A DNA stretch of 64,000 bases, taken from positions 243,166,001-243,230,000 of the forward strand of contig NC_086097.1 in assembly GCF_963921235.1 (NCBI RefSeq), in the 5' to 3' direction. The notes beneath the pieces were generated by a model, which ran no database searches, was not told the origin of the DNA, and saw only the letters and a program-made list of their open reading frames with translations. Shown piece after piece: positions 49,461-62,646 of the stretch. The stretch's first letter is position 1. Each line of letters opens with the position of its first letter. Position numbers and translations under genes: made by a program. The DNA is from Mobula hypostoma. Lineage: Eukaryota.

Positions 49461-51404
49461 TCTTATGGTCTTACCCATCCACTCTCGGGATAATTTCCAG
49501 CAGTCAATTAATGGCAGGAAATAGAAGCAGCCAAAAGCAGCCCCCATAGTCACAGTGAGAACAGACTAAGTCCCCTCAAGCACCCCCTCAGAATGTATCA
49601 AACCAGGGTCACAGGAGTTCTGAGAAAACAAGACAAACATACCACATATCACCTGTTACGATCTGTCCCAATACCATGCTTCCGTTCTACCCAACACCCC
49701 TTGATGCTTTTGTGTCTGGAAATCTATCTATCTACTCCTTAAATATATTTAGGAAGTATATTTATGTCTTCTTCTGCCTTCTATCGCAGAAATATCTTCA
49801 GGTTCACCACCCTTTGCAGGCTTTTTCCACTGAGGTTGGATGGGATGACAACCAGAGGTCATGGGTTAAGGGTGAAAGGTGAAAAGTTTAAGGGAAACAA
49901 GAGGGGAAACTTCTTCACTCAGAGGTTCATGCGAGTCTGAAACCAGCTGCCTGCACAAGCTGGTTCAAGTGAGCTTGATTTCAATGTTTAAGGTGGGTTT
50001 GGATACGAATATGGATGGGAGGGGTATGGAGGATGATGGTCCCAGTGTCAGGCACAGTTTAAATGGAATAGATGGGCTGAAGGGCCTGTTTCTGTGCTGT
50101 ACTTTTCTATGACTTTGTGTGAAGAAGCTGTTCAGCTCTGTCCTAAGTGTCTTGACCCTTATCATAGACCATTGAATAAAGTACAGGCCCTACAGCCCAT
50201 GATGTTGTGCTGACCATTTAACCTTCTCCAAGATCATTCTAACCTTTCCCTCCCTCATAGCCCTCCCTTTTTCTATCATACATGTCTCTTAAATGTCCCT
50301 AATTATATCCTTTATTATCAAAATAAACTTTATTCCTATTAAAAAGATATTTGCAAGAATAAACTGTGCAATCTCTCATTCCTACATTCATACTTAAGGC
50401 TTTCATAACTTACTGTTGCATTCCTTAAAGCCAATAGTATCTGCTTCAACCACTACATCTGGTTCCACATCTCTCTCAATACCACTCTCTGTGTAAAAAA
50501 AAATCAGCCTCTGACCATCTCCCCTATAATTTCCTCCAATCACCTTAAAATTATGTCCCCTGAGACCAACAATCTTCATTCCCAGACCAGTCTAATGCCA
50601 CCCCTCCCCTCCCATATCCAGTCAGTTATGTGCTGTCTGATTATGTCTGTTGGGTTTCAGAGGTGCAGCTGGTAAGACCATTGCATTGTCAAGGACCTAG
50701 GTTCAACCCTGCCCTCTAGTGGTGCCAGTGTGTCTTGCAGTTCTTCTGGTGAGTGCTTCAGTTTTCGTAGTTTTACTTCCACAGGGGTTACTAATTTTCC
50801 ACCGTCAACTGCCTCTAATGCGTGGGTGAGGGACAGAATGAAAGGAATTGATGAGAATGTTTATTTTTATTTTTTAGAATTTTGTTTAGAAGTACAGCAC
50901 GGAACCCTTTCAAGTCCTACGAGCCCGCGCCACCCAGTTACACCCATGTGACCAATTAACCTGCTAGCCGTTGGAATGTGGGAGGGAACCGGAGCACCCG
51001 GAAGAAACCCGCGGGGTTTTGGGATGGCACGGTAATGTAGTAGTCAGTACAATGCTTTCCAGTTCAGGCGACCGGGGTTCAATACCTGCCACTGCCCGTG
51101 AGGGGTTTATATGTTGTCCGTGTGAACTGTGTGGGTTCCCTCCGGGTACTCTAATTTCCTCCCACAGTCAAGAGACGTACTGGTTCGCAGGCTGATCGGT
51201 CAGTGATTAGGCTCAGATTAAACTGGCGGAATTGCTGGGTAGAAAGGCCTATTCTGCGCTGTGGCTCAATAAATAAATGTACAAACTCCTTTCAGTCAGT
51301 GATAGAAATGAACTGTCAGTCTTGGAAGTCCCAGGTGGAGACTCAGGAAAACCATCGCACTCAGATGTGGAAGGATTCTTCAGTGTTGTTTCCATAACAA
51401 TGTT

Positions 51405-51620
51405 GTTTTACCTGTGAGGGCTGTTAGCCCTGAGCTGAACCCCTGACTGGAGGTCCGGTGGACCACTCTGAGTCTGGCCTCTATCCTTTGACCTGTTTGG
51501 CATGGGTGACCCTGCCAAGAGCATGAAGCCCTGACTCCAGCCAACGTAGCTCTCCGGGTCATTGAGGCACGCAAGCCTCCAAACCCTATGACAAGGTTGT
51601 GGTCCTCTTGGAGGAGGTAG
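51405..51620 (-). mobile_element. RTE/BovB-type 5'-UTR-like short element
   Basis: The minus strand ccacaaccttgtc...tcaatga...agctacg...gggtcacccatgcc...aggtca...tggtccaccgg resembles the recalled Bov-A/RTE 5' UTR layout; no ORF is attached. Confidence 0.5.
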
Positions 51621-52669
51621 GTGTAAGGAAAGAGTTAATTGTGATTCTTCCTTGCCAAATAAAATGGAAATTCTAAGATGAAATGAAGTCATCTTGGAAT
51701 GTTCTGATAGTTTGGAGATTTACACCACTGCACTCCCTCAAGATTAGATAATGAACAATGCTTTCCTCCTTAAAAACCTGTCATCCCTGTTCTCATGTTA
51801 TTGTGTCTGGCCTAAAAGCTGTACTTAATAAACTGGTTCCACCGAGGGATAAAGAAGTGCTGAGGTGATAATTGTGCTATGCTTCAAAGGAATCTTAAAA
51901 GGTATAAAACAGTGGCAATTTCTTTGTGCTTCGTGGGAAGAGAGTTTTATCTCAGGTTGGACCACAGCTGGTGCTAAGATAGAGAACAGTATATCAAGAG
52001 AGGGAGGGGGAGAGGGGGTGGGGGGAAGAGAGAGAGAGGGAGAGAGAAATCAAGCTGTGTGTAAGATTTGTCTGATCTGTGGCTCTCTGGCAACGAAGAA
52101 ATTGGCTAGTCTACTGAGTGAGAAGTACCATTTTGATTTCTGTATTGCTACTTCTGTAGATGTTTGTTTTGTTTTCTGTACTGCATTTGTGCTCGTTCTA
52201 ATGAAGTGTTTTCCTGTGGTTGAATATGTATGAGGTGCCTCATTTGTTTGTGGATGCATATGAAGATACCACGAACTGAATAAGGAAAGAAGACGTCATG
52301 AAACTTAAAATCATTTTTCATTACAGTAGGAAATACTGCCATCCCGATAATTAACCTGGTGAATCCTCACCTTACTTCACCTATGCAACATTTGCATCAC
52401 AACATTTAAGAGGGGATTGGTTAGGTATATTGATGGGAGAGGTATGCAGGGTTATGGTCCTGACGTGGAGTTCAAGTTCTAATTTAATATCACCTGACGG
52501 TAGATAGACACAACCAAACAAAACAACGTTCCTCTGGAACATTGTGCTCCCATACACCATATATCAGACACAGCACGAAAACCAAAATGTTATATTATAA
52601 ATTGGTTAAGTGCATCTTGCACGCGGCTTGGGTAAACACTAAACAGCTCGCTGTCCAAGAGCACAAGAG

Positions 52670-53970
52670 CATAAGACCTTAGGACAAAGGAGCAGAATTA
52701 GGCCATTCAGCCTATGAAGTCTGCTCCGCCATTCCATCAGGGCTGATTCAGATCCCACTCAACCCCATACACTTGCCTTCTCACCATATCCTTTGATGCC
52801 CTGACCAATCAGGAAACTATCAACTTCTGCTTTAAATATACCCATGGACTTCGCTTCCAATGCAGTCTGCGGCAGAGCATTCTACGGATTCACTACTCTC
52901 TGGCTAAAAAAAAATTCTCCCTTCCTCTATTCTAAAAGGTTGCCTCTCAATATTGAGGCTGTGCTCTCTAGTTCTATAGACACCTGGCATAGGAAATATC
53001 CTCTCCACATCCACCTTATCTAGTCCTTTCAACATTTGATAGGTTTCAAAGAGATTCCCCCTGAATTCTTCTAAATTCCAGTGAGTACATGTCCAAATCT
53101 GCCAAAAGCTACTCAGATGTTAACCCCTTCATTCTTGGAATCATCCTCGTGAACCTCCTCTGGACTCTCTCCAATGACAGCGTTTCCTTTCTGAGATATG
53201 GGACCCAAAACTGATGACAATACACCGTGTGGCTTGACCAGTGTCTTATAAAGCCTCAGCGTTAACTCCTTACTTTTATATTCTATTCCCCTTGAAATAA
53301 ATGCCAACATTCCATTTACCTTCTTTACCACAGACTCAACCTGTAAATTAATCTTCTGGGAGTCTTGCACGAGGACTCCTAAGTCCCTCTGCACCTCTGA
53401 TGTTTGAACCTTCTCCCCATTTAGATAATAGTCTGCACTACTGTTCCTTTTATCAAAATGCATTATCATACATTTCCCAACACTGTATTCCATCTGTCCT
53501 TTTTTTGCCCATTCCTCCAATTTGTCTAAGTCCTGATGCAATGGCATTGCTTCCTCATCACTACCTACCCCTCCATCTATCTTCATATCATCTGCAAACT
53601 CTGCCACAAAGCCATCAATTCCATTATCTAAATCATTGACAAACAATGTAAAAAGTAGTGGTCCCAATACTGACCCCTGAGGAACATCACTAGTCACTGG
53701 CAGCCAACCATAAAAGGTCCCTTTTATTCCCACTCAACCCTCCTGCCTGTCAATGATTCCTCTATCCGTGCCAGTATCTTTCCTGTAACGCCATAGGATT
53801 TTATCTTGTTAAGCAGCCTCATGTGTGGCACCTTATCAAATGCCTTCTGAAATTCCAAGTAAGTGACATCCCCTGCCTCTCTTTTGTCCACCCTGCTTGT
53901 TACTTCCTCGAAGAACTCTAACAGATTTGTCAGACAGATTTCCCTTCACAGAAACCATACTGACTTTGAC
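52670..53970 (-). mobile_element. 5'-truncated CR1 LINE
   Basis: VPQGSVLGPLLF, EFADD, QRDLGV. Confidence 0.9.
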
Positions 53971-54512
53971 TTTGGCCAGCCGTGGCAGAGTATTCCTTCA
54001 TCTCACAGCCTGAGGGAAGGAGCTGTTACCCAGTCTGGCAGTCCTAGTCCTGATGCTTCTGAACCTCCTTCCTGATGGTAGTTGGTCAAAGAGATTGGAG
54101 ATGGGCAGTAGGGATCCTCAGCAATAGTTCAGGCCCTTCGTCTGCAATGCTCCTGGTAAATGAGCAGGGGAAGGAGACCCTGATAATTCTCTTGTTTGTA
54201 TTTACTGTCCTCTGGAGGATCTTGCGATGCCTTGAAGTTCCGTACCTCACAAAATGCAACCAGACAGGGCACTCTTGATGGTGTCCTGTCAAGGAAGTTG
54301 TTAGAATGGGGGCATGGAGACTTTTAGCTCCCTCTGATGCCCCTCCTCTCCCCCTTTCTCCAATGGTCTACTGTCATCTCATATCACATTCCCTCTTCTT
54401 CAGCCCTTTACCTCTTCTACCTATCACTTCCTAGCTTCTCATCTCATACCTCCCCAACCCACCCACCCAAATTCCTTTTCACCTGGATTCACCTACCACT
54501 TGCTAGCTTGAA

Positions 54513-54556
54513 CCCCTTCCCCTTCCCCTTCCCCTTCCCCTTCCCCTTCCCCTTCC
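54513..54556. repeat. (CCCTTC)n microsatellite within a Penelope 3' fragment (about 54330-54715)
   Basis: Directly visible. Confidence 0.9.
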
Positions 54557-56574
54557 CACCACCTTCTTATTCTGGTGTCTTCGTTTCCAGTCCTAATGAA
54601 GACTCTTGGCCTGAAACGTCGACTGTTTATTCCCCTGCATATCCGACATGCTGAGTTCCTCCAGCATTTTGTGTGTGTTACTCTGAATTTCCAGCACCTG
54701 CAGAATCTCATGTGCTTTTGATGAAAAGTCATGGATCCAAAATGCAAACAGATGAGATTTAAACTAAATTCTTGGGCTTGAATGTGGGGGGAGACAATTA
54801 CAAAGGAAACATGGTAACGCGTCTACTTCCATAGGAGTTTGCGTAGATTCTGCACGATATCTAAAACTTTGAGAAACTTCTATCGGTGTGTCATGGAAGG
54901 TATATCAGTCTGGTGTGGAACACCAATGCCCCTGAATGGAAAATCCTACAAAAAGTAGTGGATACAGCCCAATCTATCGAGAATAAAGCCCACCCCACCA
55001 CTGTGCACATCTACGCGAAACATCACAGCGGGAAAGTGGCATCCATCGTCAGGGACCACCATCACCCAGCCCATGCTCTCTTCTTGCTGCTGTCATCAGG
55101 AAGAAGGTACAGGAACCTCAGGGTCACATCACCACGTTCAGGAACAGTTACGATCTTTGAACCAGGTGGGATAGCTTCACTCACACTGCCACTGAACTGT
55201 TCCCACAACCTATGGACTCACGTTCATCTCATCTCATGTTCTCAACATGCACTGCTTATTTATTTTTATGATTATTTCTTTCTTTTCATATTTGAACAGT
55301 TTGTTGTCTTTCGCACACTGGTTGAACGCTTGTGTTGGGGCGGTCTTTCAGTGATTCTGTTATGGTTATTATTCTTTGGATTTATTGAGTATGCCTGCAA
55401 GAAAATGAATCTCCGAGTTGTATATGGTGACACATGTGTACCTTGATAATCAATTTACTTTGAACTTTGAACTTGGCAGCTTACTTGCTCCTATAACAAG
55501 GCTGCCACAGGACGTTTCTCATTGGTGTGGGTAGGCAGATGGGACCCTACTTTAACAGCTTGTTTGTAAAATGTGTCCTCTGACTGTATTGTTGCCCCTG
55601 AGCATTGCATGGAATGTTATTCTAAGGATTTACTTCTCAATTGGACTTGAAGCCACAGATTTGTGATTTGGAGTCAAGAGCGCTGTTGCTAAGCAGCACA
55701 TCACATGACAGGAAGAAACCATTCAACTTTATGTGGTTGGATCAAAGTTCAAAGAAAATTTATTATGAAAGTATGTACATGTCACCATTTACAACCCGGG
55801 ATTCAATTCCTTGCAGCCATTTACAGAAAATAAAGAAATACAGTGGAATTTATGAAAAGCTATGCATAAACAAAGACTGACAAACAACGGAAGACAAACA
55901 AAGGCAAATTCTGAGAATGTGAGTTGTAGAGTCTTTGAAACTGAGCTTGTAGGTTGTGGAATCAGTTCAGAGTTGAGTTGAGTGACTTTATCCACGCTGG
56001 TTCAGGAGCCTGATGGCTGAGGGGTAATATCTGTTCCTGAACGAGGTAGTGAGGGACCTAAGGATCCCGTACCTCCTTCCCAATAGCAGCAGTGAAAAGA
56101 GAGCATGGCCTGGATGATGGAATTGAATGAACTGAATAGAACTGATTTTATTTCTTATATCCTTCACATACACGAGCAGTAAAAATCTTTATGCTACGTC
56201 TCTATTGAATGTGCAATTTATAGTAATTTGTAATTTGCATGTACAACAGGACAGTCATATAGCATAGAAATACAATTGTATCTGTGAATTAATCAGTCTG
56301 ATAGCCTGGTGGAAGAAGCTGTCCTGGGGCCTGTTAATCCTGGCTTTTATGCTGCAGTATCGTTTCCCGGATGGTAGCAGCTGGAATAGATTATGGTTGG
56401 GGTGACTGGGGTCCCCAATGATCCTTCGGGCCTTTTTAACACACCTGTCTCTGTAAATATCCTGAATAGTGGGAAGTTCACATCGATAGATGCGCTTGGC
56501 TAGTCTGCACCACTCTCTGCAGAGTCCTGCGATTAAGGGAGGTACAGTTCCTATACCAGGCAGTGATGCAGCCA

Positions 56575-57105
56575 GTCAACTTAATTTACATTTTTCATAC
56601 AAATAGGTGACCAAAACTGTACACAATACTCCAAACTAGGCTTCACCAATGTCTTATACAACTTCATCATCACATTCCTGCTCCTGTATCAAAAATATAT
56701 AACACCTTTATATAACATATCCAAGTAGACTCACTCCCATACCTTCTCCTCACTCATCTCTGCAATTTCTTTTCTTTCTGATACATAACCAGATTCATTG
56801 TGAATGCTACAGTCACTGACCCTGGCAGGAAATCGCAGACCCCAGGGCCTCACTGTATTAAAAACTTTTCCTCCTGTTTCTATGAAGGAAACTAATGATC
56901 TGACAAGCTGATAAACAAGCTGATTGGCCTTGGACAGATTTCTTTTATTCAGATGCATGTTGAAAGAGGCTGTGTTTGTTGGCTTCCAGATCACTTCTTC
57001 AACACTGTCTGTTTCGCTTATACTAATCTCTTTCATTTTCCCAATCTCTCAAGGCTTGTTGATCACTCTGTTACTGAGAAGTTTTATTTATTTCATTAGC
57101 AATAC
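56575..57105 (+). repeat. Direct duplication, copy A (copy B at about 61728-62260)
   Basis: The first about 320 bp are nearly identical; the remaining about 200 bp are clearly more diverged. Confidence 0.9.
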
Positions 57106-57513
57106 CACAGAGTAAGTTGCTCCTGCCCCTCGAGCAACACTTTCTCGGTATCCACTGACAAACCCAATTAACCCTACAATTTACAATGACTGATTAACCT
57201 ACCTGGTATGTTTTTGGACTGTAGAAGGTAACCACCGCATTTGGAGGAAAAAAAATGAATTCCATGGGGAGAACATGAAAATTCCTTACAGAACCACTAG
57301 AAGTGAACACCGAACTCTGGAATTTCCCAAGCTGTAAGCTATCAATATTAGCTGCAATAGTGCTAACTGCTACCCTCCTGTGGTGCTCATCAATCAAATC
57401 AGTGAGGATTGTGGCAACATGCTTCCAGCAACAACAAAACATGGTCATTATTGACTCACCCTAATTCAAACCTCTTTGGAAGGTAAGAGGAAACCGGAGC
57501 ACCCAGAGGAAAC

Positions 57514-59617
57514 TGTCATGGTCCGGTCCATGAAGTCCGTATTCCGGTTCATGATCCGGTCCATCGACCCTTGCTCCAGGCTTTCCTGTCTACCCTGTTT
57601 CTGTTCTTGTTGAGCTCTAATTGAGCCAGCTGATGCTCGTTGGGGCTGGCTGCATAAATACCTTCAGAGAGCAGGGTGTGGCTGCTGGATTGTTCTTGTT
57701 CTTACCCTTTGTTTCCCTTCCCCTGTCTTCTGTTTCCTCGCCTGAAGCCCTGCCTTGTCTTGGCTGGTAACTCTCGCCTCGCCTGAAGTTCTCGTCTCGC
57801 CTTGCTTTGCCAGAAGCCTTGCCTTGTCTTGCCGGTAACTCTCGCCTTGTCTCACCTACAGTCTTATCCTGGAGCCACCCTGTACCTAGCTCCCTTCCTG
57901 TCCCTTGCCTCCGTCGGGTAAGCCAAGCTGTATTGCTGTTACCTATGGTTGGTTCTGTCCCTTCCTAACCCTTGCCCCCCGTCGGGTAAGCCAGGCCGTC
58001 TTGCCGTTACCTGTGGTTGGTTCTGTCCCTTCCTGTCCCATGTCTCCGTCGGCTGGTGATCCGCACCCTGCCTAGGTGAACTGCGCCCTGCCCAGGAGGA
58101 GCCTGCCTAGCCTCGGGCCTGAAGACTCCAGCCTTCTGCCTAGCCTCGGGCCTGAAGACTCCAGCCTTCTGCCTAGCCTCGGGCCTGAAGACTCCAGCCT
58201 TCTGCCTAGCCTCGGGCCTGAAGACTCCAGCCTTCTGCCTAGCCTCGGGCCTCGCCTCTCGCCTCAAGCCTGAAGACTCCAGCCTCGTCCTGCCTGCCTG
58301 CCAAGCCTCGTCCTTGCCTAGTTCTGGGGTCCGAGCCAGAGGCAAGACCCAGGTACTGGGTCCTTGTCCAGTCTGTGGCTCAGAGTCCAAGCCCTGGCTC
58401 CTAGCTCTCTTGTCCAGTCCTGTTCTGGGTTCCCAGTTTTTGTCTCCATGTCCTTGCCCTCAGCCTGTATCCTAGTCCTGTCCCTAGTACTTTAGTGTCT
58501 GTGTCTTGCACTTGGGTCCGTTCCTAGCCACCTCCGTATGACAGAACAATCCAGCAACCGTGGACCCAGTGACACAGACACTGTCGTTTTCCTCTTGCCA
58601 CCCAGGGTTCCTTTCTGTTAAATACCCTACCACCCATTGTCTGGATACCCTGTTTGGTCGCCAGGAGACTCCCGTAGAGGGGGGGTACTGTCATGGTCCG
58701 GTCCGTGAAGACTGTATTCCGGTTCACAGTCCGGTCCATTGACCCTTGCTCCAGGTTTTCCTGTCTACCCTGTATCTGTTCTTGTTGAGCTCTAATTGAG
58801 CCAGCTGATGCTCGTTGGGGCTGGCTGCATAAATACCTTCAGAGACCAGGGCGTGGCTGCTGGATTGTTCTTGTCCTTACTCCTTGTTTCCCTTCCCCTG
58901 CCTTCTGTTTCCTCGCCTGAAGCCCTGCCTTGTCTTGCCAGTAACTCTCGCCTTGCCTGAAGTTCTCGTCTCACCTTGCTTTGCCAGAAGCCTTGCCTTG
59001 TCTTGCCGGTAACTCTTGCCTTGTCTCGCCTGCAGTCTTGTCCTGGAGCCACCCTGTACCTAGCTCCCTTCCTGTCCCTTGCCTCCGTCGGGTAAGCCAA
59101 GCTGTATTGCCGTTACCTACAGTTGGTTCAGTCCCTTCCTGTCCCTTGCCTCTGACGGGTAAGCCAGGCCGTATTACCATTACCTGTGGTTGGTTCTGTC
59201 CCTTCCTGTCCCAAGCCTCCGTCGGGTGGTGATCCGCGCCCTGCCCAGGAGTACCGTGCCCTGCCCAGGAGGAGCCTGCCTCACCTCGAGCCTGAAGACT
59301 CCAGCCTCCTGCCTCCTGCCAAGCCTTACCTCTAGCCTCAAGCCTGAAGACTCCAGCCTCATCCTGCCTGCCTGCTAAGCCTCTTCCTTGCCTAGTTCTG
59401 GGGTCCAAGCCAGAGGCAAGACCCAGGTACTGGGTCCTTGTCCAGTCTGTGGCTCGGAGTCCAAGCCCTGGCTCTTAGCTCTCTTGTCCAGTCCTGTTCC
59501 GGGTTCCTGGTTTTCGTGTCCAGGTCCTTGCCCTCAGCCTGTATCCTAGTCCTGTCCCTAATACTTCAGTGTCTGTGTCTTGCACTTGGGTCCGTTCCCA
59601 GCCACCACCTTATGACA
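57514..59617 (+). mobile_element. Non-autonomous LTR element: LTR1 57514-58543, 145-bp internal region 58544-58688, LTR2 58689-59617
   Basis: Both LTRs run TGTCAT...ATGACA. Polypurine tract agaggggggg-tac precedes LTR2. 5-bp TSD gaaac/gaaat (57509-57513, 59618-59622) splits a V-SINE. Confidence 0.93.
58103..58252 (+). repeat. 33-bp tandem repeat (about 4.5 units) in LTR1
   Basis: Unit ctgcctagcctcgggcctgaagactccagcctt; LTR2 has a single unit. Confidence 0.92.
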
Positions 59618-60589
59618 GAAATGCCCCTGGTCATGGGGAGAATGTGCAAAGTCTTTACAGAACTCTTAGTTTTACATTATCCAAGGCTTTTAGCTGCCTT
59701 AATGACTGTGTCCAAAGTGTCTCCTGGATATCAAGGCTTCGAGGGAGAAATATCTCAGACTGATATAATCGGTTATTACCTTCAATTTGATACCTCGTTT
59801 ATTCCATCAGTAAAACAAAAATGTGAAGCTGTTCCTCTTTAAATTATCAAAGTTCAAAATTCAAAGTAAATTTGTTATCAAAGTATATATGTATTTGTCA
59901 CCATATAAACCCTGAGAATCATTTTCTTGTGAACCTACTTAATAAATCTATAGAATAATAACTACTGAGAGACGCTACAGATTAGGCATTCAAGCAAAGT
60001 GCAGAATAGAACAAGCTGTGCAAATACAAAAAGAAATAAATAAGCAATAAATATCAAGATGAAGATCTGTGAAAATCCTTAGGTTCTTGGAACATTTTGG
60101 TGATGAGACAAGAGAAGTTGAGTGTAGTTATCCCCTCTGGTTCAAAAGCCTGATGGCTGAAGGTTAATAACTGTTCTGGAACCTGGTGGGGTGGGTCCTG
60201 AGGCTCCTGTACCTTCATCCTGATGACAGCAGTGAGAAGAGAGCGTGGCCTGGGTGATGGGGGTCCCTGATGATGGATGCTGCACGTCATGTAGATGTGC
60301 TGAATGGTTAGGAGGGCTTTACCCATGATGGACTGGGCCGTATCTACTACTTTTTGTAGGATTTCCTGTTCAAGGGCGTTGGTGTTTCCATACTAGGCTG
60401 TCACGCAGTCAGTCAATATATTCTACACTACATACCTGTAGAAATTTGTCAAAGTTTTCGATCTCTTGCCATATCTCTGCAAACCCCTAAGGAAGTAGAG
60501 AAACCGCCATGCTTTCTTCGTAATTGCACTTATGTGTTGGGTCCAGGACAGATTCTCCGAAATAATAAATCCAAGGGATTTACTTCCTG

Positions 60590-60801
60590 CAACACACATC
60601 AGATTTGCTGGTGAATGCAGCAGGCCAGGCAGCATCTTTAGGAAGAAGTACAGTTGATGTTTTGGGCCGAGACCCTTCGTCAGGACCCTCAAAACGTCAA
60701 CTGTACCTCTTCCTAGAGATGCTGCCTGGCCTGCTGTGTTCACCAGCAAATTTGATGTGTTGCTTGAATTTCCAGCATCTGCAGAATTCCTCGTGTTTAC
60801 A
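60590..60801 (+). mobile_element. Penelope pLTR mini-insertion with inverted repeat
   Basis: 13-bp TSD gatttacttcctg (60577-60589, 60802-60814); long complementary arms. Confidence 0.88.
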
Positions 60802-61244
60802 GATTTACTTCCTGAACAGCTTGGACAGTTGAGATCTGGAATCTGATTGCACGCTGGTGGTTTGGGCGAGGGTTTCCATGTATGTAAATCGAAGAGGTGA
60901 GGCTTCACCAATGGCAGTGTTCCATTGTGAGGTGGTTATTATTGGCATATGCACAGACCAGAAGCTTGGATGTAATTTATGATGAGGCTGATGATGATGC
61001 TGAAAGCACTCTGAGTTCATTTTGAATACAGTGGAGATGAGCCTACAGGAGGCATGTGGTGTAGTGGTGAACACAATGCTTTACAGTACAGGTGACGGGG
61101 GTTCAATTCCCACCATTGCTTGCATGGGGTGTGTACGTTCTCCTCATGACTGCGTGGGTTTCTTCCAGGTACTGTATTTTCCTCCTACACACCAAAAATG
61201 TACAGGTTGGTAGGTTTTCTTGGTTATTGTAAATTAGAGAGTTA

Positions 61245-61840
61245 TAGAATCATAAAGAAGTACAGAACAGAAACAGGCCCTTCAGTCCATCTAGTCCATG
61301 CTGGGAATATTTAAACTTCCTACTCCCATCGCCCTGCAACAGGACCATAGCTCTCCATATCCCACTATCCATGTACTTATCCAAACTTCTTTTAAAAGTT
61401 GAACCCGAGCTGACATGGACCACCTGTGCTGGCAGCTTGTTCCACACTCTCATGACCCTCCGAGTGAAGTTTCCCCTCATGTTCCCCTTAAACTTGTCAC
61501 CTTTCACCCTTAAGCGATGACCTCTGGTTGTAGTCCCACCCAACCTCAGTGGAAAAGGCCTGCTTGCATTTATCCTATCTACACCCCTCAGAATTTTGTA
61601 TTCCTCTATCAAATCTCCTCTCAATCTTCTATCTTCCAAGGAGTGAAGTCCTAACCAATTCAATCTTTCCTGACAACTCAGGTCCCCCCAGACCTGGCAG
61701 CATTCTTGTAAGTGTTGTCTGTACTCTGTCAACTTAATTTACATTTTTCATACAAATAGGTGACCAAAACTGTACACAATACTCCAAACTAGGCTTCACC
61801 AATGTCTTATACAACTTCATCATCACATTCCTGCTCCTGT
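61245..61840 (-). mobile_element. Degraded CR1 3' fragment
   Basis: ERLNWLGLHSLEDRRLRGDLIE...WNKLP. Confidence 0.85.
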
Positions 61841-62592
61841 ATCAAAAATATGTAACACCTTTATATAACATATCCAAGTAGACTCACTCCCATACCTTCT
61901 CCTCACTCATCTCTGCAATTTCTTTTCTTTCTGATACATAACCAGATTCATTGTGAATGCTACAGTCACTGACCCTGGCAGGAAATCGCAGACCCCAGGG
62001 CCTCACTGTATTAAAAACTTTTCCTCCTGTTTCTATGAAGGAAACTAATAATCTGACAAGCTAATAAACAAGCTTATGGCCCTTGCACAGATTTCTTTTA
62101 TTCAGATGCATGTTGAAAGAGGCTGTGTTTGTTGACTTTCAGATCACTTCTCCAACATAATAAGTTTCACTTATACTAATATCTTTTGTTTTCTTAGTCT
62201 CTCAAGGATTTTTGATCACCTCCATTTCCAAGAAGTATGTTTAATTATTTATTTAGCAATACAATCAGTATGATAGAGCTGATAATGAGCCAACAGGTTT
62301 ACAAGTAGAAGATTGTGGTAACATGAAGGGCAAACCAATGATTGGGTACGAATCCAGACAGAGCAAAGAATTAAATTGCACCACACAGACAAAATTTAAA
62401 AAAAAGTAGGACTATGAGACACCCAGATTAATGACCATCTTTTGAATTTATTGAGCCTTCACACACAACAAGTCTCAATAGTTATCGGTGAGTAGTTTCC
62501 ATTATCACATCAGCTTTGTTGAAGCAACATTTCAAAATAAATTCAAAAACAATTGATCAGAGGCACCACAGAAATATTTTTCTTCAGGCACG

Positions 62593-62595
<3 letters not shown>

Positions 62596-62642
<47 letters not shown>
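62596..62642. repeat. (CA)n microsatellite
   Basis: Directly visible. Confidence 0.95.

Positions 62643-62646
<4 letters not shown>

Noticed and set aside
58076..58273. Regular 33-bp repeats as a CRISPR array or repeat protein
   Set aside because: Head-to-tail units with no spacers, inside an LTR in a vertebrate genome.
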